Counted from the stretch's first letter, positions 39,970 to 57,592 are shown. The stretch: DNA of 64,000 nt from Eledone cirrhosa (GCA_964016885.1 OZ024741.1:298282001-298346000); one strand, 5' to 3'. The notes: generated by a model not told the origin, from the sequence alone. Numbers and translations are program-made.

Positions 39970-42900
39970 AAAACGAAGCAAACTAAAACACGTCGAAGTC
40001 TCTTTCAAACTAATTCAAAACCATTTTGATAAACTTCGACATATTTACTCTAATGGACAACAACAGCCACAATACAACAACAGCCAGAAAACCAGGAGCA
40101 ACCAGTACTAAATTCAAGCATAATCGCTGAACTACTAAATGACAGTATCACTCAGCCACTCACTCAGCCATCATTATCGCCATCACCATCACCACCGTCA
40201 CCATCTCCTGCCACATCTACATCTTCTGCCACACCAACTGCTAGTAATGGACCACTGCTCTCTCTCCCACCACAGTTGTCATCATCATCATCACCACCAA
40301 TGCTTTATTCCCCCACATCACCACTACAGCCATGCCATAGTCAAAAGAACTATAAAAAAAAAGTTCTATGGAGCTGTATGCACCTCCCACTACACATAGT
40401 AGAAACCCCCAAATATGCCGCTACTCACTACGCCAGAGGCTATGCACACGTAGCGACTGTATATTTACCCATTTACCGGGTACTAGGCGCACTAACACTG
40501 CCAGCCATCACCAAAGCACGCTGCCAGCACGTATAGGTCGCAGTCCCAAAATCTGCCATCATTCCCAACGTGAGAGGCTATGTCTGCTGACTGACTGTCC
40601 CTTCACTCATCTTCCTGGGACACAACGCACGAACAGAAAAGGGGCTTCATGCCAACCCACAAACCACAATAAAGCCACCCCCTGCTGCGGTAATGCTGCT
40701 CCAGTCTCCTCACAAAGACATGATTACAACAACAAAAACAACAAAAGTATTGCTGCTCCAGTCTTGTCACAAAGACACGATCACAACAACAACAAAAATA
40801 ACGCTGCTCCAGTATTTTCACAAAGAAACAATTACAACAAATACAACAACAACAAAAGAGGGAACTGCAACCCTATCCAATGTTGTAACCACAAATCCAA
40901 TCAAAAACTGCTCTCTGAACAAAAAAAAAACTTTCTTTTTTAGCCATGAACCTGGTAAAAGAGATAGAGAAAAACATTTTAGCCATCACCCAACACCATC
41001 CTTGCTGTCACTAACAAACAATCACAAAACAAGCCCCCTGCAACAGTCAAAACCATCCACCACACTAGCCTCCACATTCTTACTCAATACACAAGGTATC
41101 AGCCCATCCATCAATGTACAGAAATGGAAGATTCAATTCATTGAGGATTGGGTTGGTAACCATCCATTTTACATCCCCTTCTTCATTCTTACTGAGACCT
41201 ACCTTGACAACTCCCACTTGGAGGCCGAAGTAAGAGTGAGAAATTTCACAACCATACGTGCGGATCGTGTTGGCAGAAGGACGGGTGGAACTGCCATTTT
41301 CCTGCATGATTCCTTTACGGCAGATGGCAACACAACATTCTCTAATGGTTACTGTGAATCAGTCACTGTGCACAATAAAGCCAATGACCTGACATTAGTT
41401 GGGCTCTATAAGCCGCCACAAACACCCATAATCTGTTTCAAAGAATGCCCCAACAGTATTAAATGCTTTATTAAACAGTGCCATTCTAGCAACATACTTT
41501 TGATGGAAGACTTTAATCTACCCTGTGTCGATTGGTCTACATGTAGTTTGAAACCAGGCTCCACAGCCTCAACCACTGACAAGGAGACTGTCAAGTCACT
41601 TCTTGACTTCATGAATGAGTTTTTCTTGTCCCAACTTGTCCTTGCACCAACGAGGCATCAGAAGAACATTCTGAATCTAGTGTTTAGTAACCACACTAAC
41701 ACTATACACAATATTACAGTGGAAAAAACCCTTCTCTCAGACCATGACATGGTTCTTTGTAACCTGAGATTCCACCAGCCGAAAGCTAATCCCAGGATCC
41801 TCTCTCCAGCCCACCCATTTGATAACATGGATCTCTACAATGCCAACTAGGATGCAATTATGAACGAACTATCACATGTCGACTGGTCTTTTACACACCC
41901 ACACATTTCCACCAACATCAAAACATCTTGGCAGATCTTTGTAGACACTGTCACAAATATATGTACAAAACACACCCCACCAAACCTATGAACAAAACCA
42001 AGTGCAGTATCCCCCAAAACAGAAAAACAATTATCAGAAAAATAAAAAGAACAAACAAAAAAATTAACACACTAAAATACTGCCAACAGCAACACACACA
42101 TTCAGTGGCTATCACCCTGCTTGAGTAAAACAAATATAACCTCCAGCAATGCATGATGACCATCATCAATAACCAGAGAATAGCTGAAGAGAGGTGGGCC
42201 ATTGAGAAAACCAAACTCAACCCCAAAGTGTTCTTCTCATTCGCTAAAAAACACAAGGTCACCGTCTCCACTGTTGGCCCCTTAGTTGATGAAAATGGCA
42301 CACTCCAGGACAATGCCAAAACCATGGGCGAGATACTGCAGAAACAATACTGCTCTGTTTTCAGCAACCCTGATATGGCCGATCTGGGCCGTATCAGTGA
42401 TATTAACCCCCAACACACTATCAGACATAACGTTTGGCGCCCCTAATATCTTAGCGGCAATAAACGAAATTAAACACAATTCAGCAGTAGGCCACGACAG
42501 GTTCCCTGCTTGTGTCCTGAAGGTGTGTCGACACCAACTTGCAACTCCTCTTGCTAATCTGTGGAGGAACTCACTGGACACTGGCTATATTCCTGAAAAC
42601 TTTCTGTCCCAGTCCATTGTCCCAGTCTTCAAAAAGGGAAATAAGTCTCTTGCAGTGAACTACCGCCCGATCTCACTCCCCTCTCATATTATCAAGGTAT
42701 TTGAGAGGGTGGTGAGATCACGAATAACCCACTTTCTTGAAAGCAACGGCCTGCTGAACTCCAACCAACATGGGTTCCGTAATGGAAGGGACTGCCTAAC
42801 GCAGCTCCTGCATCACTTTGACGATGTTTTGAAAGCCTTTGGAGAGGGCTCCAACACTGATGTCATCTACCTTGATTTCAGCAAGGCCTTCGACAGGATT

Positions 42901-44082
42901 GATCATAAGATTCTACTGAAAAAACTATCCAATGTTGGTGTATCTGGAAGGTTACTACAGTGGATCAAATGTTTCCTGACAGGCATAACCCAGAAATGTT
43001 GTAGTCGAAGGAGTAAAATCAAGTCCTGCCAAAGTCCGCAGTGTTGAGCCCACTTTTTTCATCATCTACATTAATGACATTACTGACATCATCAAACACA
43101 GTAACATCAGAATCTTCGCAGATGATACCAAGCTCCAAAGGGTCATCAATGAGGTGGGTGACCGGACTTGCCTTCAGTCAGACCTACTGGCTGTTATCCA
43201 ATGGGCAGGGATGAATAATATGCTGTTGAATGAGGAAAAATTTGAACTAATCCAATTTGGAAAAAAGGATGTCCTGAAACTACCATACTCTCTTCCTTCG
43301 GGTGAAACTCTAGTGGCTTCCAATAACATCAGAGACCTGGGAGTAATTGTGGACAACAATATAAGCTGGGCCACTCATATAAACAGCAAAGTTGATATGG
43401 CCCGCAGAATGTGTTCCTGGATTCTGAGAACTTTCCAGTCGAGAGATATCCACACTGTTGTCCTTCTCTTCTCCACCTTTGCCCGACCCCACCTTGAATA
43501 CTGTTGTCCACTGTGGTCACCCCACACGAAACAACGTATCATGAAAGTTGAAGCACCCCAAATGTCAATTACAAAAAAAGATAGTTGGCATGACAGGCTT
43601 TGAATATTGGGCCGATTAGAAAAGCTCAAACATTATTCTCTTCAACGTCGCTGTGAGCGCTACATTATCTGTATGATGTGGAAAATATTCCATCAGCTTA
43701 GCCCAAATTATGTTGGCATCACCTTTAATGTACACCCAAGGCTCGGGCCCCGTGCTATCGGCCCAGCACAAAAATCCCACTCGCATCACATAACAATACG
43801 GCACAATTATTTCACCTCAATTGGCCCTGCACTCTTTAACATTACACCAAAAACACATCAAAGCAGAGACAGACCCCATCAAGTTCAAGAAGTCTTTGGA
43901 TAAATTCCTTCAAGTAATCCCGGATAAGCCTCCTACACCCAGATATGCCCCGTAAACAATAACTCTCTGCTCGAGTGGGCCATGGTGCCCAAACACTGAT
44001 TTGTAAGACTTCGCCAGGTGGTGCTATTAAGTTAGACATGGTCTAGGCCAATACTGGCCGAAACCTATCAAAGTTATCAAAG

Positions 44083-44084
<2 letters not shown>
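39970..44084 (+). mobile_element. CR1-group LINE, near full length, decayed (ORF1 CCCH fingers, APE, RT)
   Basis: Two C-x8-C-x4-C-x3-H motifs (40368 ORF); APE N.QG...LTET...RADR..GG...DFN...SDH (40693 ORF); frameshifted RT similar to 17145-18941; both ends in (TA)n. Confidence 0.92.
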
Positions 44085-44147
<63 letters not shown>

Positions 44148-44154
44148 ATATATA

Positions 44155-47656
<3,502 letters not shown>

Positions 47657-47820
47657 GCCTCATGTGTGTGTGAGTGTGTGTGTGTGTGCGTGTGTGTGTG
47701 TGTGCGTGCGTGCGCGTGTGTATCTGTGTATGTATGCATACTTATATATATACAGTTACATAAATATAAATATATACATCCACATAATTACATACATTTT
47801 CTCGCTTTTCTTTATACCAG

Positions 47821-47972
47821 TTGCTAGTTGGAGCGCAGCTGCAGAACAAATATCTGTACCTGTCAGGTACACAGTTAAAGGGAATTTGCAGGGAGGTAAA
47901 TATAAATTCAACAGTTACTACGACTTTTTCCAATACCGGAATATGTTGTATGACCTTGAAACTATCTTTGAG
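47821..47972 (+). CDS. Host gene coding exon 4 (after ~41 kb intron)
   Basis: Pyrimidine tract TACCAG| ... GAG|GTAAGT; phase 1-0, continuing exon 3 in frame; (L)ASWSAAAEQISVPVRYTVKG...YYDFFQYRNMLYDLETIFE. Confidence 0.85.
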
Positions 47973-47990
47973 GTAAGTTCCTGCAATTTT

Positions 47991-48016
47991 CATCATCATC
48001 ATCATCATCATCATCA

Positions 48017-48063
<47 letters not shown>

Positions 48064-48175
48064 TTCTTCTTCTTCTTCTTCTTCTTCTTCTTCTTCTTCT
48101 TCTTCTTCTTCTTCTTCTTCTTCTTCTTCTTCTTCTTCTTCTTCTTCTTCTTCTTCTTCTTCTTCTTCTTCTTCT
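47991..48175. repeat. (CAT)n(CGT)n(CTT)n compound microsatellite in the 271-bp intron between exons 4 and 5
   Basis: Seen directly. Confidence 0.95.
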
Positions 48176-48243
48176 GTTGATGACGTGTAGAACATCACTC
48201 AGTCGACACAATACTACGACCCTTTTTTAAAACTCTCTTTCAG

Positions 48244-48366
48244 ACACCACCCGGAATCCAATGCTACAATCAAAAAGAGACGAAAATAATGCCACAAATA
48301 CCAAGTGTCTTTTCAAGTTACCTAGAATATTATGATGAGGACTCACAGCGTTTAGTATCCGTGAAG
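48244..48366 (+). CDS. Host gene coding exon 5
   Basis: TTTCAG| ... AAG|GTACCT; phase 0-0; TPPGIQCYNQKETKIMPQIPSVFSSYLEYYDEDSQRLVSVK. Completes the F-E-T-P-P-G-x-x-C domain end and starts repeat 2. Confidence 0.85.
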
Positions 48367-48399
48367 GTACCTGTTATATATATAATTGTTCGCAACATT

Positions 48400-48955
48400 A
48401 GTACAAGGTCAGCAATTCAGGGAAAAGGGAAAGCTGGTTATATCGAACCCACTATTTAACTGCTACTTTATTTCATCGACCCCGAAAAGATGAGAGACAA
48501 AGTTGACTTCAACAGAATTTGAGCTCGGAACGTAAAGAAGCTTTTTTTAACGCTTTCACAATTCCGCCAATCTACTAGTCTGCATGCTTTATATGGTTTC
48601 TGATTTAGTCGCAAGGCCAGCCATTTTTTTGGCGGGGGTGGAGGTGGAGGGGGGGGGGGCGTAAGGATGAAAGGAAAAATTAACATCGACCGGGTTTGAA
48701 CTCAGAACATAGCTATATGCCGTAAAGTATGTAATGGTTTCTGATTTAAGTCCAAAGCCAACAATTTTAGGGGATGGGAAAGTCGATTAAATCGACCCCA
48801 GTGCATTCCTGGTACTTTACTTTATCGAACCCGTAAGGATGAAATGCAAAGCTAGCCTCGGCGGGATTTGAACTCAGAACGTAAAGGGCCGTAACTCTAT
48901 GTCATAAAACATGTTGTACACAATTCTACCCATTACTGCGAATCTACCGCCCTAA
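48400..48955 (-). mobile_element. Tandem cluster of three SINE family 1 copies
   Basis: Repeated GATGARAG.CAAAG...TTTGAACTCAGAAC blocks. Other copies at ~51130-51310 (+), 54855-55040 (+), 55248-55400 (+), 55975-56150 (-), 60503-60720 (+) and 60912-61320 (two, -). Confidence 0.8.
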
Positions 48956-49213
48956 TGAGTTATATAATGAAAAAATGTTCTCTATCTACTTCTTTTTGTT
49001 TGTTTCAGATCTGTCCCTGTCTTTCATCTCTCTCTCACGTCTCTCCCCCACTTCCTCCCTTTCTTTCTTTGTATGATTCCAGAGTAACAAGGCCCTCTGC
49101 TTAGCCATAATAAATGAATATTTAAACTCTACTTCGTTATTAAGTACTTTTTCTCACGTCCATATATATATATATATATATATATATATGGACGTGAGAA
49201 AAAGTACTTAATA

Positions 49214-49258
<45 letters not shown>

Positions 49259-49342
49259 AAAGGTAAAGAGAGATAACAACACGATCGGTACAGAATATGG
49301 GAGGAATATATTAGTTTAACGCTTGAAATAGCAGGTAGAGGA

Positions 49343-49378
49343 TCTTAACGTTTCGGACGCTAGTCCTTCATCAGAAGA
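49343..49378 (-). ncRNA. Minimal type-I hammerhead (dimer type)
   Basis: UCUU-CUGAUGA-A-GGAC UAGC GUCC-GAAAC-GUU|AAGA; stem III is the loopless palindrome AACGUU. Confidence 0.85.
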
Positions 49379-50036
49379 AAGAATGAGAAATCAGAAATAT
49401 TGGTGCGACGGGTAGGGTGGAATCGGAAAAAATGTTTTTAGAGAAATATAACAGGTCCATTCATGTTAACATCTTTTGGAAAACTGTTGATGCTGGCGTT
49501 TTGTGTATGATATACTTTTTTAGAAAAGTGGATGATGGAGCGCGTCTAAATGAAATGGAAACAAAAAAAGTTTTGTATATAGAGCTATACGTACGCGCGC
49601 GCGCGCGTGTGTCATTTACGTCCGAACGAAGCTAAGAGGATATGTATATGAACCGTTATAGTAATATTCCTCCGCACACAGAATTATGTGTACTTATCGT
49701 CTGATGAGGAAACAAAATTGTCTGCAATGTATCAGGATTATCCCCCTTTTTTTTTCTGTGTACGGAAAAATTGTTGAAAGTTTGTGCTTCATTCTTTTCA
49801 CAGCAAAAGCTTCTAATAAAATTAATTTTAATCAATTAAAATTTCCTAGTAGTCTTCCCTGCTTTTTTTTAAAAATCAGAATTAGTCCTTGTTCATATCA
49901 CTAAGACTTCAATTTGAATTGAAATTTCTTGGCTTACTACATTAAGTATGCTAGAGCCCTCTTTAAAATGTTAATACAGTAAGCTACAGAAAATTATTTC
50001 ATTACTTCATTTTTCTGTTCCTTTCTTTGACTACAG

Positions 50037-50142
50037 GAAACATTTGACTCCAAGTTTCTCCTCACTATGACCACGTATTCCAATCCAGTCAACACTAAAG
50101 AAGACAAACAGCCAAACATTATCATCAATGATTTCAACGAAG
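50037..50142 (+). CDS. Host gene coding exon 6
   Basis: CTACAG| ... G|GTAAGT; phase 0-1; ETFDSKFLLTMTTYSNPVNTKEDKQPNIIINDFNE. Confidence 0.85.
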
Positions 50143-50436
50143 GTAAGTAATGATCCTGGTGCAAACGTCATCAGAACTCCGTTTTCCTTATGGCACACAA
50201 ACATATCTTATTCTATGAATTTTATTAGCTTTTATCTTTACATTTGTGCTGTTTTTATACGTCTACAGAAATACGTAGATGTCTTTGTACGGTACATTCG
50301 TGGCCGAATGAAAGGTTAAGAAGCTTAGTTAACTTAGCGACCAGATCTATTAATGACGGTGAAGTATTAAGAAAATACTTGCAGAGAATGAGCTATTTAT
50401 TAATTGATTCTAAAACTCTTTAATTCTATTTTCTAG

Positions 50437-50591
50437 AGGTAGCATACTTAATCAATAGCGAAAAGGGTACATGCAGCCTATCGGCAATTTCCAAAGATGA
50501 TGTTGAAAAAAGTAATAATCGTCACTTGATTATGTTGAATTCTGAAGGATTCTTCGGCTTGCAAAATGGAAATTTCTCATACCAAGGCGTG
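50437..50591 (+). CDS. Host gene coding exon 7
   Basis: TTCTAG| ... GTG|GTAAGT; phase 1-0; (E)VAYLINSEKGTCSLSAI...FFGLQNGNFSYQGV. Confidence 0.85.
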
Positions 50592-51821
50592 GTAAGTAAG
50601 CGATAGCTTTATGTTTGATCTCGAGGCAGGTGCTGTCCACCCATAGTTGATTCAAGACCAACTAATGCCCCAAGTGCACTACAACGTCTAACTGACAAGA
50701 CATTAAGATATAAGTGTTGTATGTGAAATACAAGATTACAATTTTTAAACAGACCAAAATCTACAATTATATCAAATATAAATTGGTAATCATGTTTTTT
50801 TCCTGCTCAATTCTTTCTTTCTCTTCTTCTTTTTCTTCTTTTCTATTCCAAACATACTCTTCCATTTTTTCTTCCAATGAATGAGTAACGTCCAAAACGC
50901 TGAAACAATTTCCCTACTATTTTAAGCGTTAAACTGGTATAAATTATCATTGTGCTTTTGTTTCTTTTCATTGTTGACTTTTCGTACACACACACACAAA
51001 CATACACGCACACGCACACGCACACGCACACAGACACCCTCACACACGTATATGTAGTAAAATATCCATGGTTGTGAAAAAAGAAAAAGGAAAACAGTGC
51101 TCAATCGGGAAGATAGCTGATACATTATATTATTGCAGTATCGGTAGAGGGTCGGACGCCATGCTTTCCAGCATAGTTACGTCCTTTACGATCTGAGTTC
51201 AAATCCATCCGAGGTTGACTTTGCCTTTCATCCTTACGGGGTCGATAAAATAAAGTACCAGTAATGCACTGGGTAATTTGCTGGCCTTGTGCCTAAAGTA
51301 GAAACAATTATTTATTTATGTTCATACACGGAACAAAATCACTATTTAAGAGTCAATTTTGACTATATCTCCAGATAGTAAGAAGGATCAAATTTGTGAC
51401 CTAGTCTAAGTGCCTGAAACTTTAGGTAGCACTTTTGTTCCGTGTATGAACATAAATAAATTATGTGTGTGTATAATATTGCAAAATACATTATATTTAC
51501 ATCCATATATATATTGCTATTTCAGAGCTACAATTCTAATTTTTAATTTCTGCCTGACCAACAACCGCTCTGCATAATCAGCTCCTGATTATTTACTAGA
51601 TTTCTATAAGAATATAACATCATTGATCTCAGCAGACGGGCGGGGTAGTTGGCCTTGATAAGCTTCAACAAAAGCGAAACATGTCATGTCGGCTTATCTC
51701 CTCCTGTTTGCTGAGATCGAAGTGAGTGAATTTGTCACTACTTTAAAACAATAGCTTACGGTCTTCAAAATGCTTTTAATTAAGCATAAAGTGTATTGCA
51801 AAATACATTATATTTACATCC

Positions 51822-51849
<28 letters not shown>

Positions 51850-51852
<3 letters not shown>

Positions 51853-52023
51853 TTTATCCCGGGTTCAATCGGAGGTAACCACAGTCAGTAAGGTACTCAA
51901 TACAAAGCAGAGTATAAATATTTAATATAGAAAGGCTTCTACAGGACTAGAACTGTTTCATTCGGTAGAAATCATCAGGAAGCCTGATGATTTCTACCGA
52001 ATGAAACAGTTCAAGTCCTGTAG

Positions 52024-52028
<5 letters not shown>
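51850..52028. mobile_element. Second family B fold-back mini-element with hammerhead
   Basis: Minus strand 51934-51984: GGCUUC-CUGAUGA-U UUC UACC GAA U-GAAACAG-loop-CUGUA|GAAGCC; inverted core at 51983-52027; between (TA)n and (TC)n(TA)n. Confidence 0.85.
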
Positions 52029-52122
<94 letters not shown>

Positions 52123-52419
52123 CTATCTATCTCATACATACACATGTTTTGCATACATACGTATGTATGTATATTCTTCTGGTTTTATAATTTCACAAAG
52201 TTTTACCAATAGAGAGAGAGAGTCGGTTTCTAACATAGACACAAGACTCTCTCATTGGAATTTACACAGCATCAACTAGGTAGATATGTATGTATGCATG
52301 TGTAGATATGGATGTTATTGTATGTGTGGATGTGGATGTTTTGAGTTGTATGTGTGCATGTGTATATGCTTTGTATCTGTACATGTGTATATGCAGTTAT
52401 TAGATGCAACATTTTTGGA

Positions 52420-54220
52420 ATGTTTTACATATTTTTTACTGTTCCATTAATGGATTGTACTTATAATTTCCTAACTAGTTGTGTTCTTTCTGTTCCTGTG
52501 AAGCCTAGCTTCTCAAGATTTGTATTGAGGCAGTTACTAACATATCCCAGTGCCCCAATAATCGCAGGCATAAATCTGAAGGTGTAATCAGGGTAGAGTA
52601 TCTGCAGATTTCTCATCAGTTCTGCATAAATATTCTCCTTTTCACTAATCTTTGATATTATATTGGCATCTGCTGGGCAGCTAATTTCCACTACTGTGCA
52701 TGTTTTCTTCTCCCTGTCCCATATCATAATATCTGGTCTGTTATGCCTGCATTTTATTGGGGTTTTTACTGGAACATTCCACCAGTACTCTTTCATATTA
52801 TGTACATGGATGTCTTCCACATTGTTGTAGCTTTTAATGTGTTTATTATCGGGGCTATCTTTTTTACGAACTGCATTGTACAGTGTTTTGGTCACTACAT
52901 CATGCCTCATAGGTAGATAGTACCGCGATGACATCTTTGGACAGCTGCTGATGATATGGGTGATATCCTCGATGTTAGTTCTGCAGAGTCTGCACTTGTT
53001 ATCACATCTAGGTGTTTTGCCTGCATTCCTATCGCTTTTGTGAATCAGGTATTTCGTGCTAATCTCTTGTTCCTGGATTGCAAAAGCGTATCCTTCAAAG
53101 TGTGAGCCAATATAGCGGTTGTTGGTCCAAGATAGACTATTTTGTTTATCTGTATTACTCTCACTCTGGAGCTTCCTGGCAACATATCCATGCATGATTT
53201 TTTGCTGATAGGCATGCAGTTTTTCATCCATGGATTCACTGCGATACTGCTGAGCGACTTCCCTGTGTGTGAGTTTTTGATTATCACACAGGGAATATCT
53301 CTCAAGGAGTTCCTTCCCAACTCTCATGATCTTATCTGTTTCATGCAGATAAACTTGCTCGAGAAACGAGGTTCGTAGATGTTATCGGAGGGATATGATG
53401 CGACATTCAAATGTTGTCTGGACTGATGTTAGGCCTCTGCCTCCCTGCTTACGTTTCAAGTAAAGGCAGTCTATGTCACTGTTGATGTGGAAGTTTCCGG
53501 TGTTGTTCAGTATTTTTCGAGTTCCAACATCAACTGCTCGGATTTAGTCTATCGTCCAATTGAGTATTCCAAACGTTGGTGTTAGGACAGGCACAGCAAA
53601 CACATTGTGAGCCACTGTTTTGTTTTGCGCAGAGAGTTCCGATGACCAGATCTTTCTTAATCGGGTGTAGTATTCCCTGGTTGCGCGTTCTTTATTACAG
53701 ATACCATTATAGGATATGTTCTCATCTATCCCCAGGTATCTGTAGCAGTCCTCATCAGATATCGGTGAAATAGTTAGGCCATTGATGACAATATTGCTAG
53801 ATTGGGTTGTTGTTTTTCCCCGCTTTACAGTCATGTATGAGCATTTATCTTGGTCAAACTTCATTCCTATATCCTTTGAAAACGTTGTAACCAGGTCAAG
53901 ATTTTTCTTCATCCCATCCATGTTCTTGGCATAGAGTTTCAGATCGTCCGATAGAATATTAGTTTTTTGTACCAGTAGCCGACAATCATGTCTCTGCCTG
54001 GTGTTTTCTTATCTTGGAGTTTTCCTATCACAGTCTCAAGGGTACCCTCACTTATTTCGTATGTTTTTGTTGTAGTGTAGGAGCAATAGTTCTTTCAGAT
54101 TTCTCTTAGCCACACTGCATCTTGGTTGAAATTCTTCTTTTCACCCTATATTATTCTCCAAAAGGAATCTGTCTTTCTGGGATGGGGCCTCAGTGACACT
54201 TATTATTTTGCCCTTCATAT
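52420..54220 (-). mobile_element. R4/Dong-like RLE non-LTR retrotransposon, internally deleted
   Basis: PGRDMIVGYWYK joined to DDLKLYAK (RT core missing), DIGMKF..DKC, YRYLG, CRLC...EDITHIISSC...RHD, NRPDI...VVEISCP...EK...Y. Confidence 0.85.
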
Positions 54221-54317
54221 CTCTATAGACTGATGTATGTATGTATGTATGTATGTATGTATGTATGTATGTATGTATGTATGTATGTATGTATGTATGT
54301 ATGTATGTATGTGTGAA

Positions 54318-54375
<58 letters not shown>

Positions 54376-56482
54376 TGTGTATGTATGCGTATGTGTGTGT
54401 ATGTATGTATATGTGTATATATGTATATTAAGTAACAGATGCTTACAAGAACACATTGTCATGACTGAAAACAGTAAGAATCACCAAGGATATAAAAGTC
54501 ACAATAGATTGAAGTTGAAGTGAGATATATTGAATAATATTATCAGACATAAACCTCAAACTTTATTCTACACAAAACATTTCGTTTTATTTCTTGTGAT
54601 AGAATATCAATATGAGAACATCTTTTCAGTTTCAAGTATAAATTGAAATTGTAAATATTTAGTATGTTAGCCACAATGCAGAAAATTATAATAGTTTATA
54701 ACAATAAATACTAGTTGAATAAGTCGGGTAAAAGACTCACGAAGACGGTGAAAGGGCAAAAAAGTGGACCGAAATGTCAGCAGGAATCGAACCGTCTTCA
54801 GTGGTTCTGTATCTTACTTATTCAAGTATTATCTGTAGTTATAAAAATGGCGATCGGGCAGGAGCGTTAGGGGTTCGGATTAAAAAGACCTCAGTATTTA
54901 TTTCGATTATTTGCGCTCCGAGTTCAAATTCTGTTGAGGGTAACTTTGCTTTACATCCTTTCGAGTCACGTTCTGAGACGTTGTAATGGAATTTTCCCTC
55001 TGCACAAATTGTTGTCTTGTTCCACGATTAGAAATCGTTATCAATGATTATCAACTATTGCTTATAATTGTCTAAATTGGAACTGTTTCTCTTAAATCTC
55101 TAATGTTCTTGAAAACTACATGAATATCATAAAACCCATCCCCTCTCGCTAATATTCTAAATATTGAGGCCTATGCCTGATTGATTTCTCATGCAAATCT
55201 TTATTATTTACTGGAGGGGTCTTATTTCTGTCTAGAATAATAGTGTAGGGCGGCGAATTGGTATCCTCATTACAACGTCGGATAGAACTCTTTGCGTTAT
55301 TCGTTCCAGCTCTCTGCTCTCTGAGTTCAAAACCCAACGGGGTCAACTTTGCTTTTCATCCTTTCAAGGTCGATAAACATACGCGTCAGTTTAGTACTGG
55401 CGGTGGGGTGGGGGAGTCTATTCTTCCTTTATACCTTTATCTTACTTCCTCTTTCTCCCACTCTTCAGGAATCGAACTTGCGACCTTATTATCGTGAGTC
55501 CTTCACCATATTCACTAGATCACGTGTATTCACTCAAGGCATTTGTGATATCTGGAAATATATGAACATCACAATCTCTCATTACCTCTATTTATAATAT
55601 AATCTCATTCTCTGTTTGTACTATACTTAATAATACTGGTGAACACTTTGGAGCAAAGGATAAGCTCTCAGCAAGAGAGACTACAATCTGAATCCAACCA
55701 TTTCCTGAAGCGAATTCACTTCTCTTATGCAGTTAATGTTCTTCACAATTAATGTTCTTTTACCTATTACAAACATTCATTCCCTTCTCCTTCAAGGCTT
55801 TTGAAATGAGCTAAAAAAAAAAGAAGCAAAATAACAGTTTTCTAGAAGCTTATGGAAATACCATGCTGAAAACGTAATATTAAAGACTGATCACTGAAGT
55901 CAATACTGAGTATGATTAGTACTTATAAGAGTGACTTCTTAAAGAACTACCGATTCATATACATTTTTCTAACATTGGCACAATGACAGCAAAAGGGTAA
56001 GTCGATTATATCGACCCCAGTACTTAACTGGTACTATATTTTAACGACTCCAGAAAGCTGAAAGGCAAAGTTGACCGGGGCGTGGGGGGGGGGGGGCGTG
56101 AACTCAGAACGTAGAAAGTCATAACTAGATACTGCAAAGCATGATATTTTTGCTGAGAACTTACAACATTAAGTTCAAAACTCAAGGGAACAAATTTGCA
56201 TTGCTCACTGGTAAAAGAAGTACATAGAATATAAGAAGATCTATTCAATTGACTCTAATGTTTCCCTAAAAATGGTCCTTGCACTGGATCAAAAGAAATC
56301 GTTATCCTTTGCTTGGAGCCTTTCGGTGCGTGGTTAAATTTTATAAAAATGTAGATACTGAGATCTAATTTTAAATAATATTTAGAATCAGGTTCTATCC
56401 CGCAGTTCACCAGTTATTTTTGAGTTTCATGAATAATCAACAAAGTCATTTACTTTTTTAATTCCTCTCTCTTCTTCTACAG

Positions 56483-56578
56483 AGAACGATCCGAGATATA
56501 AAATGTGACGTTTGGGTTGGTAATATTTCTAGCAAGTATTTGGCGGATTATACGACCGAAATTTACTTCTCAACGACA
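56483..56578 (+). CDS. Host gene coding exon 8
   Basis: CTACAG| ... ACA|GTAAGT; phase 0-0; RTIRDIKCDVWVGNISSKYLADYTTEIYFSTT, paralogous to QVRGIWCHHW...YYFS in exon 3. Confidence 0.85.
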
Positions 56579-56734
56579 GTAAGTGAATTTTTATGTAAAT
56601 AGATTACATAAACTTTTGTTGTGATTTTTATTACGTGATTATATTAACATTGAATGGTCTTTAGAGTAACGTTACTCGATAGAGTACGTATCCCAGAGAT
56701 CAGAGAGTCACTCCAGGTAGAGTAGCTACTTCTC

Positions 56735-57030
56735 CGAATTGAGAGATCACAGCTCCGATACTATGGGCATGTGGTTAGAATGTCTCAGGAAAGAATCGCT
56801 GGACAGATTTTATAGGCAAAACCAACCGGCAGGAAACCCAGGAGAAGACCGCGATCAAGATGGTTGGATAACATCCATGAGCTCGGCTGGGAATCCAGCC
56901 GGATCAGCTGGAAACGGTGGCCTCCGACAGGAACTGCCGGAAGGAGTGTTTGAGGACTCTGTCCCCACGACCCTTTCAAGAATAAGTGGGTGAAGACGTT
57001 GTTGTTGATGATGATGATGATGACGACGAT
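56735..57030 (+). mobile_element. RTE (Expander/Rex3-like) LINE 3' end
   Basis: GHVVRMSQERIARQI...PTGRKPRRRPRSRWLD, then CTGTCCCCACGACCC...ATAAGTGG and a (GTT/GAT)n tail. Shorter copy at ~59700-59816. Confidence 0.75.
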
Positions 57031-57051
57031 AATAGAGTGGCAGAATCAGCA

Positions 57052-57440
57052 GGGTTTAGTGTTATAACTTTCTTCTTATTTATTTTGTGTTTGGTGTATA
57101 ACTTAACAAAGGAGTTTTACATAGAATTTTATAAGAATTAAAAAAAACAAACAAATATAAACACTTTAAAATAAACAATTTAGTATCATAGAACAACAGA
57201 CGGTTTCACACGGTTTGGTATCCTGCACATGGTTTTCAATTAACTTTTGGAAATAATCAAGAATTTGGAGGGATTTAGTATTATAACTAACTTTCTTATT
57301 ATTTATTTGGCGTTTGGAGCATAACTTAACAACGGATTTTTACATAGAATTTCAAAAGAAGGGTTTTAGATAAATATAAACACTTTTAAGCAAACAATTT
57401 AGTATCATAGAACCAGAGGTGGTGTTACACGGTTTGATAT
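57052..57440 (+). repeat. Diverged ~220-bp tandem duplication
   Basis: TTTAGT.TTATAACT...ATAACTTAACAA.GGA.TTTTACATAGAATTT...AAACAATTTAGTATCATAGAAC occurs twice. Confidence 0.8.
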
Positions 57441-57592
57441 CAAAATGATTTACAAACGGTTGACGCAAAATAGAAATAGTAAACCAAAATGAAATTAAAT
57501 ACGAAACATTTATTGAACAACTACAAATAATTCTGACTAATAATTTTGTACATTTAATTATCTACTTTTGTTTTATCTTATTATTTTTACAG

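Noticed and set aside
44040-44070. GGCCAATACTGGCC-GAAAC at the CR1 3' end as a hammerhead
   Set aside because: There is no upstream CUGANGA and the other copy reads AAAAC; it is an ordinary LINE 3' stem-loop.
49697-49750. CTGATGAGG motif (and CTTGATAA...GAAAC at ~51655) as hammerheads
   Set aside because: One half of the core is missing or mutated and stem I cannot be closed.
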